The notes below the pieces were generated by a model that made no database searches, was not told where the DNA came from, and saw only the letters and a program-made list of their open reading frames with translations. A DNA stretch of 61,207 nt, counting the filler, from Aduncisulcus paluster (Eukaryota): NCBI GenBank assembly GCA_024181965.1. It is 5 parts of 5 records of this genome, joined end to end, with 100 filler letters (N's around TTAATTAATTAA, not from the genome) between each part and the next. Parts side by side here need not be neighbours in the genome. Positions count along the whole stretch, not along the records: positions 55,867 to 61,207 come from BQXS01010981.1; 4 more parts are not named here. The stretch is one strand, 5' to 3'. The translations under genes were made by a program, and so were the position numbers. The number at the start of each line of letters is the position of its first letter. Within the stretch, counting starts at the first letter, position 1. This document shows, piece by piece, positions 55,867 to 61,207 of the stretch.

Positions 55867-56048
55867 GGGTGATGATTGTTGATGATTTACTTGCCACTGG
55901 TGGAACAGCCTGTGCTGCTCGTAAACTGATCGAAAAGGCTGGAGGTGAAGTTGTTGGAGCTTTATTCCTTGTCGAATTGAGTGATTTAAAAGGAAGAGAG
56001 CGTGAGGGTTTGAAGGATATCCCATGTCATTCAATTCTGAAATATTAA
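55867..56048 (+). CDS. APRT: Adenine phosphoribosyltransferase C-terminal fragment (absent from ORF track)
   Basis: [47 protein letters not shown]. Confidence 0.88.
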
Positions 56049-56319
56049 TGTTAATGTTAATATATTTATGATAATGTGCAACGTAATACATTGTAAAATA
56101 AATATATCATTCTGAAATCCTATCAGATGGTTTAGTGATAAAGAAAAGGTGCTCAAACAATTCAAACATGGATCATGAATTGTCTTTGTGAGTCATTATC
56201 CTCAAAATCATCCGAATGCCCAAACAATACAATCCCAAGAATATATTACCGAAATGTATGGACCAACATCAAGAAGAGTAGAGATCTATTATGAGTTAAA
56301 ATCAAATTTATAAAAGATA

Positions 56320-57090
56320 TTAAAGATATGGCTGGACGAAATCAATTAATAACTTTCTTGAATCAGGAGTCTCTTGAATCGAAGTCAGTAATTCATCAAT
56401 ATCGAATCTTTCAGCCTGCAAATCGTCACGATAAATTTCTACAATAAATCTGAGGAGATCAGAAAAGAATTCGGGATGAAATTGAACAGATATTGCATGC
56501 TTAGAATATCTAATAATTTGATGAGGATCCATTTCAGACTCAGCCAGAACAACGGCACCGTCAGGGATTGTTATGACACGTTGGGAGTGGCAGAGTAAAA
56601 CATCGAATTCATCGGGAAAGGATGCCATAAATGAATCAACAAGACCATTGGCGGTCTTTCGAATTGAAAGTTTTCCAATTTCTCGACTCTCAGGGAAGAA
56701 ATCGATGGTTCCACCAAGAGCATATGCCATTAATTGATGGCCATAACAGACTCCAATCATCGGAGCATCAATAAGAATACCAGATTGAATCCATTTGGCC
56801 GTATTCTCACTCCACGGTTCATGATCTGTCACCATTCCCCATGATCCTGTGATAATAACCACTCTACTTGGATCATGAGCAGGAAGATCCTCTCCCAGAT
56901 AAACTCGAACAATTTCAACATCCTCAATATTTATATTTAATGCAAGATAAAACCAATCTGCGAGATCCAGATAACGATCACGGATTGGTTCCAAAGCAGT
57001 CCCAGTTTCAACTATGAGAGGTTTTAATGCGTGAACTGAGCACAAAAATACGCATATAAGAAAAAGAAAGTGTGTTATTGAAACAACCAT
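56320..57090 (-). CDS. Class-I glutamine amidotransferase-like protein (bacterial type) with N-terminal signal peptide
   Basis: IITGSWGMVTD, GVCYGHQLMA, H..RV, VQFHPEF (Cys-His-Glu triad); leader MVVSITHFLFLICVFLCSVHA. Confidence 0.85.
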   Translation of the reverse strand: MVVSITHFLFLICVFLCSVHALKPLIVETGTALEPIRDRYLDLADWFYLALNINIEDVEIVRVYLGEDLPAHDPSRVVIITGSWGMVTDHEPWSENTAKWIQSGILIDAPMIGVCYGHQLMAYALGGTIDFFPESREIGKLSIRKTANGLVDSFMASFPDEFDVLLCHSQRVITIPDGAVVLAESEMDPHQIIRYSKHAISVQFHPEFFSDLLRFIVEIYRDDLQAERFDIDELLTSIQETPDSRKLLIDFVQPYL

Positions 57091-57257
57091 ATGGTCATGT
57101 GCCAAACAAAACAAAACAATGAAAAGATAACTGAAGTGGCATTTTGTCGATTATACAAATTATTTTTGAGGAAAAGTTCCATCCGACTATATATTATTTT
57201 ATTCTTATTCAAATATCTTTTCCAATTCGATCCTTTTACAAGTCTTTTATCCATTTT

Positions 57258-58046
57258 ATGCAAACCACTCATTCCACAGTTATTGAAGAAGAAATTTTTG
57301 ATTGTGATCGTTATTCATCAAAGCACGTATTAAAATATGACTCATTTCCCTCAGAAAAACCGAAGAGTCGATCCCAATCCTCCAAACCTGACTCCTCAAA
57401 TGGAAATTGCCAATGTGACTCTATCAAAATTGGTCATATATCCGAATCAATTATGAGCCCCATCACCGATCTCCCTATTCTTCAAAATCCCCAAGAAATA
57501 TATGTAATGATCCACGAATCCCTTCATATTAAAGATCTTTCTTCTGTCAAATCCATGCTAATATCAATATTATATTCCGATTCAGACATTCAAAAAACTG
57601 CCGAGAAACATAAAATTATTTCCCATAAGAAAAAAAGACTTCATTTCCGTAAGATTCAGTTTGTCCCAGATTTCAATAACCATTTGGTATTTATCAAGTT
57701 TTCAAGTCTTTCTTCGAGAGATTTCTTCAAGGATTTTATCATGAAACATGTTCCTTTCATCTCCAGGATATTTTATCTTCTGGATATTGGTACTACCAAT
57801 CCTAGTAGGATGACTTCTGTCTCAACCCCTCACTTCCGTACGAAAACACCTGATGATGCATTCATCATGTCTAAAATAATTCCCAAAATAGCCCCTCACC
57901 GTACCACAGAAAAAGAATATGAAGAGAAAATTCGACTCAAATTCCAAGAGCTGGAAGAAATGAAATCTAAGAGTCAGGAAATCGACTCTAGAATTCTATT
58001 TTTAAAAGAATCAATTCAAGAGTTAGATAAGGTCCTTCTTGAATAA
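57258..58046 (+). CDS. Hypothetical protein (possible degenerate RRM, C-terminal coiled coil)
   Basis: Long ORF; ATG at 57258; LVFIKF. Confidence 0.55.
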   Translation: MQTTHSTVIEEEIFDCDRYSSKHVLKYDSFPSEKPKSRSQSSKPDSSNGNCQCDSIKIGHISESIMSPITDLPILQNPQEIYVMIHESLHIKDLSSVKSMLISILYSDSDIQKTAEKHKIISHKKKRLHFRKIQFVPDFNNHLVFIKFSSLSSRDFFKDFIMKHVPFISRIFYLLDIGTTNPSRMTSVSTPHFRTKTPDDAFIMSKIIPKIAPHRTTEKEYEEKIRLKFQELEEMKSKSQEIDSRILFLKESIQELDKVLLE

Positions 58047-58434
58047 GAAAATACTATATGTCCTTCATTATATTATATAGATTCGACCTTTCTAGTACAG
58101 TATACTGAGTATACTATAATTCAAATATCAATCAATCCCAAATCCTAACTTTAGGACCAAAGCAATAGATCTCTTCGATGAATTAATAATTTTATTTCAA
58201 ATTGAAAGGAGTGCATGAAAATGGTTGAAAAAAATCAGGAAAAAACATGAGAGAAAGAGGTCACATAAGTTATGTGACATAACATAACAACAAAGACTCA
58301 CTCTCTCTCAACATGGAAGGAAAGGAATAGTTAATAAGGAATTGGGGTAGATATGAAATTTTGGCAAAATAAAAATCAATAATAATAATTTGGGATCATC
58401 TGATGAATCTAAACTCTTTCACAAAAGATATATC

Positions 58435-59913
58435 TTATTTCTTCTCCCTCTTTTCCATCTGTTTTACCATACTCTTCATACCTCCCTGAGCAATGGTATC
58501 GAGAGCACCCCATCCGGCAATACGTTGGAAACTGGCAGCACCTTTGGCCATTCCACCGACAAGATGGACAGCCCCAGCTTTAGAAGCACACACAACGATC
58601 TCACTGGCGGCCTCATCAGCGTATGTTCCACTCGCCCTTGAGATCTGACGGCGAACAACATGCTGATTCTTCTTAGAATCCATACCAAATCCATTAGTTA
58701 ACTCACGTTCATAGAAGTGAGTTCCATTGACGACACCAGGACAAGCACAAGCAACATCAACACCGATTGTAGACCCTTCCATCCTTAAAGCACGGCTGAA
58801 ACCGGTGATTGCATGCTTGTTAGCTGAATAGAGGGAAGTCATAGGGAAAGGCACAACTCCAACGATGGAAGAAGTGAAAGTGATGCTTCCAACTCTCCGT
58901 TGACCAGTCTTTTTGTGCACATTCTTCAACTTGAGCATGAAATAGCGAGCCAAATGAACGTGAGAAGAGAAGTTCAGTTCAATTTGATCTTGGACAGTCT
59001 GGTGGGAAAGTTTCTCGAATAAAGTGAACTCTCCGCCACCTGCATTCATGTAAATCATACGGATATCATCAGAACCAACAAGTTTATCATAGAGATAAAC
59101 GAAGGACGGCATGTCAGTGGATTCTGAGACCATTTTGGATTTTAGGAGAACATTCATCTTGATTACACGCACACAAACACCTTCCATAGCAGCTTTGAGG
59201 GCAACTTTGGCAAGCTTCTCTGTGTTCCGACCAGAAATAATGAGAGGAACACCACAGGCAGCGAGGATCGAACAGACATGGGATCCAATTCCACCAGAGG
59301 CACCAGTAACGAGGGCCCATTGTTGTTCTTTTCCATCCAAATTCATTTTGTAACGCTTGCTGCAGACTTTCTTGACATTGCGTAGAGTCTTGGTTGGATA
59401 TACTTCAATGGAAGAGAGAACCTTCTCAACATTATTCTCACTGCTGAGAACATTGAAAAAGAGAGTCTCTTCAACCATTTTAGCCTTGCATTCACCAGAT
59501 TTGATGAAAGAATAGTTCTTAATCTTGGAAACATCCTTTGTAGCATCAAAGAATTCAATTCTAGACACAATTTCTTCGATCTTCTTGGGGTCAGAAAACA
59601 TTTTCTTGGTTTTTTCAATTGCTTTCTTCCTTCTGAATCCCTCAAGAATAGAAGAAAGAACGAGAGTTATTACCTTAGTCATCATAGTTTGCAGGAAACG
59701 GAAAAACTTCCAGAAATAGCACAAAACAAGAATCAAAGCAATTGTAAAGCTAACAAGGAGGATATGTTCGGTGATAGATTCCGTTTTCTCATAGAAATCT
59801 ACAATAAAAATCTTGATAGATTGTAAGAGCTTGAAAAATGAATTTTTCAGAAGATAACTACGAATCCTCGGTTCAAGCTTCTCAAAAAGTGTTAATGGTA
59901 CTTGTTCTTCCAT
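58435..59913 (-). CDS. Membrane-anchored short-chain dehydrogenase/reductase (17beta-HSD/KAR-like)
   Basis: WALVTGASGGIG, MNAG, FTSS, YSANK; N-terminal TM segment. Confidence 0.88.
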   Translation of the reverse strand: MEEQVPLTLFEKLEPRIRSYLLKNSFFKLLQSIKIFIVDFYEKTESITEHILLVSFTIALILVLCYFWKFFRFLQTMMTKVITLVLSSILEGFRRKKAIEKTKKMFSDPKKIEEIVSRIEFFDATKDVSKIKNYSFIKSGECKAKMVEETLFFNVLSSENNVEKVLSSIEVYPTKTLRNVKKVCSKRYKMNLDGKEQQWALVTGASGGIGSHVCSILAACGVPLIISGRNTEKLAKVALKAAMEGVCVRVIKMNVLLKSKMVSESTDMPSFVYLYDKLVGSDDIRMIYMNAGGGEFTLFEKLSHQTVQDQIELNFSSHVHLARYFMLKLKNVHKKTGQRRVGSITFTSSIVGVVPFPMTSLYSANKHAITGFSRALRMEGSTIGVDVACACPGVVNGTHFYERELTNGFGMDSKKNQHVVRRQISRASGTYADEAASEIVVCASKAGAVHLVGGMAKGAASFQRIAGWGALDTIAQGGMKSMVKQMEKREKK

Positions 59914-60447
59914 TGAAAAGTTTTGTATGTGCACAAAAAATAGTGTCAACATCTTTCAGTTTGATGATGATTTCAAATGACGGAGAAAATTGGCATTATG
60001 GATGATATCATGAATGATACCCCCATTCAAATTATTTTTTCTTGTTTTTCTTTTGGTTCAAACGATTTAGAAATACAAAATCTGATTTGATTATCAATTC
60101 CAGATACAGACATAAAATGACGATTTTGATTTTTAAATCATTTTTTACACATACTAAAATAGAGAAATATATGAATTATAAACACCTAATTTTACTCTCG
60201 ACAGAGAATTTGAAATGCATCGTTGAGCAGAACCAAGTCAAAAAACCACCCTTTCGGTGATCAAAACAAAGGTATTTGAGAAGGTCGCTCAAGCAAAATT
60301 CTAAAATTATTTAAATATGAAATATCAAAGAAAGAAAAAAATAAAAAAGGCAACGATATACCAAAGAAAAGCATTAGAGAGGGATAAATATTAACAGAAT
60401 ATGAATATGATTTGAGAAACGGAGTATAAATTCTCTTTCTAGGATCA

Positions 60448-61207
60448 TTACTCCTTTGGTGATGAATCTTTCCTGTTGAATAGTCCAGAAAACCAAGCTC
60501 CAATTGTTTTTTCTTCTTTGCCCCCCCCTTTCTTTTTCCCATCAGACTTTCTGCTTTTTTTCGATTTTGAACTTGAAGTTGAAGATATCACAATACTACT
60601 ACTCCCAGCTGACTTTTTCTTCTTTCTCTCACCATTTTTCCTGAATAAATCCCCAAACCAACCCCCGATGCTCCCCTTATTCCCGGTATGATAATTAGCT
60701 TGTTTTAATATTGAATCTTTCGGCATCTTCTCCAAATACTCACCCATCAAAATAGTACTGATTCTCAACAGTTTGTATACACTCTCCGACTCTGTCAAGT
60801 TCTGCAGCGCCATCATGACCTCACCGTTGCTCTTACCCTCGGTGTCACACATGATTGTTCCTCGCATCACCACTAGGCCAGCACACAGGAACACAACAAA
60901 GGAAGGGAGCATCTTCAGAGAGGAGTGTGATAATGTGGGGGAAATGGCATGAGGATTGCAGATTAAACCCTCAAGAAGAGTCTGAGAGAGCCGGCCAGAG
61001 CCGGGAGATGAGCCGACAGAAGATGGCATTCCCGTCAGGATAGAAGGACTTGACGATGTCAGTGATTCCCTCGAAGGAGCACCGAAAGACCCATCTTTCT
61101 TCCCTCCCATAGATATCGATGGACTTTGAAGGGATCTTCGTTCATTGTCAACACACATTCGTAGAACCTGTTGCCGATGTGCATCGTCAGCGAAAATACA
61201 GTCCCAG
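60448..61207 (-). CDS. TBC-domain RabGAP C-terminal part (5' beyond window)
   Basis: WDCIFAD at window edge; FVVFLCAGLVVMR..IM..EVMMALQNL. Confidence 0.6.
   Translation of the reverse strand, partial: WDCIFADDAHRQQVLRMCVDNERRSLQSPSISMGGKKDGSFGAPSRESLTSSSPSILTGMPSSVGSSPGSGRLSQTLLEGLICNPHAISPTLSHSSLKMLPSFVVFLCAGLVVMRGTIMCDTEGKSNGEVMMALQNLTESESVYKLLRISTILMGEYLEKMPKDSILKQANYHTGNKGSIGGWFGDLFRKNGERKKKKSAGSSSIVISSTSSSKSKKSRKSDGKKKGGGKEEKTIGAWFSGLFNRKDSSPKE

Noticed and set aside
55867-57090. Bacterial contaminant contig (APRT + GATase)
   Set aside because: Genes are convergent, not operonic, and the contig carries a TBC RabGAP
1-61207. Alternative genetic code (TAR=Gln as in hexamitids)
   Set aside because: Conserved genes end at TAA/TAG where expected (EF2, APRT, SF3B4) and long ORFs lack internal TAR

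Overview
Eukaryotic, AT-rich, intron-poor genomic DNA in the standard code, with TAA, TAG and TGA all used as stops. Five separate contigs are concatenated by artificial N44-TTAATTAATTAA-N44 linkers (13404-13503, 25672-25771, 44618-44717, 55767-55866), so synteny across linkers is meaningless. Gene content, short GTATGT/GTAAGT..AG introns and expanded lineage-specific families suggest an anaerobic metamonad such as an Aduncisulcus/Carpediemonas-like fornicate (inference). Five 20-N gaps are flanked by false direct duplications. Host genes: a VWA/Cache alpha2delta-like membrane protein, Rit1, a kinase fragment, SF3B4, U1A/U2B'', a HutG-like ureohydrolase, EF2, NIF3, PTEN, APRT, a secreted class-I GATase, an SDR and a TBC RabGAP. 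Contig 2 carries a 5'-truncated RLE-type non-LTR retrotransposon. The right ~13 kb of contig 3 is a host-gene-free mosaic of short, mostly co-oriented fragments from DIRS, CMC/EnSpm, IS630/Tc1, Ty3/gypsy and non-LTR elements, resembling a flamenco-type transposon-trap locus. Other leads: a candidate small RNA antisense to the 18S rRNA 5' end upstream of rit1; uORFs and a possibly bistable structured 3' UTR on the hutG-like gene; a Zn-finger/SH3-like ORF with an in-frame TAG and ESCRT late-domain motifs; and a hairpin-type excision footprint. All calls come from motif recognition by eye, with no database searches.
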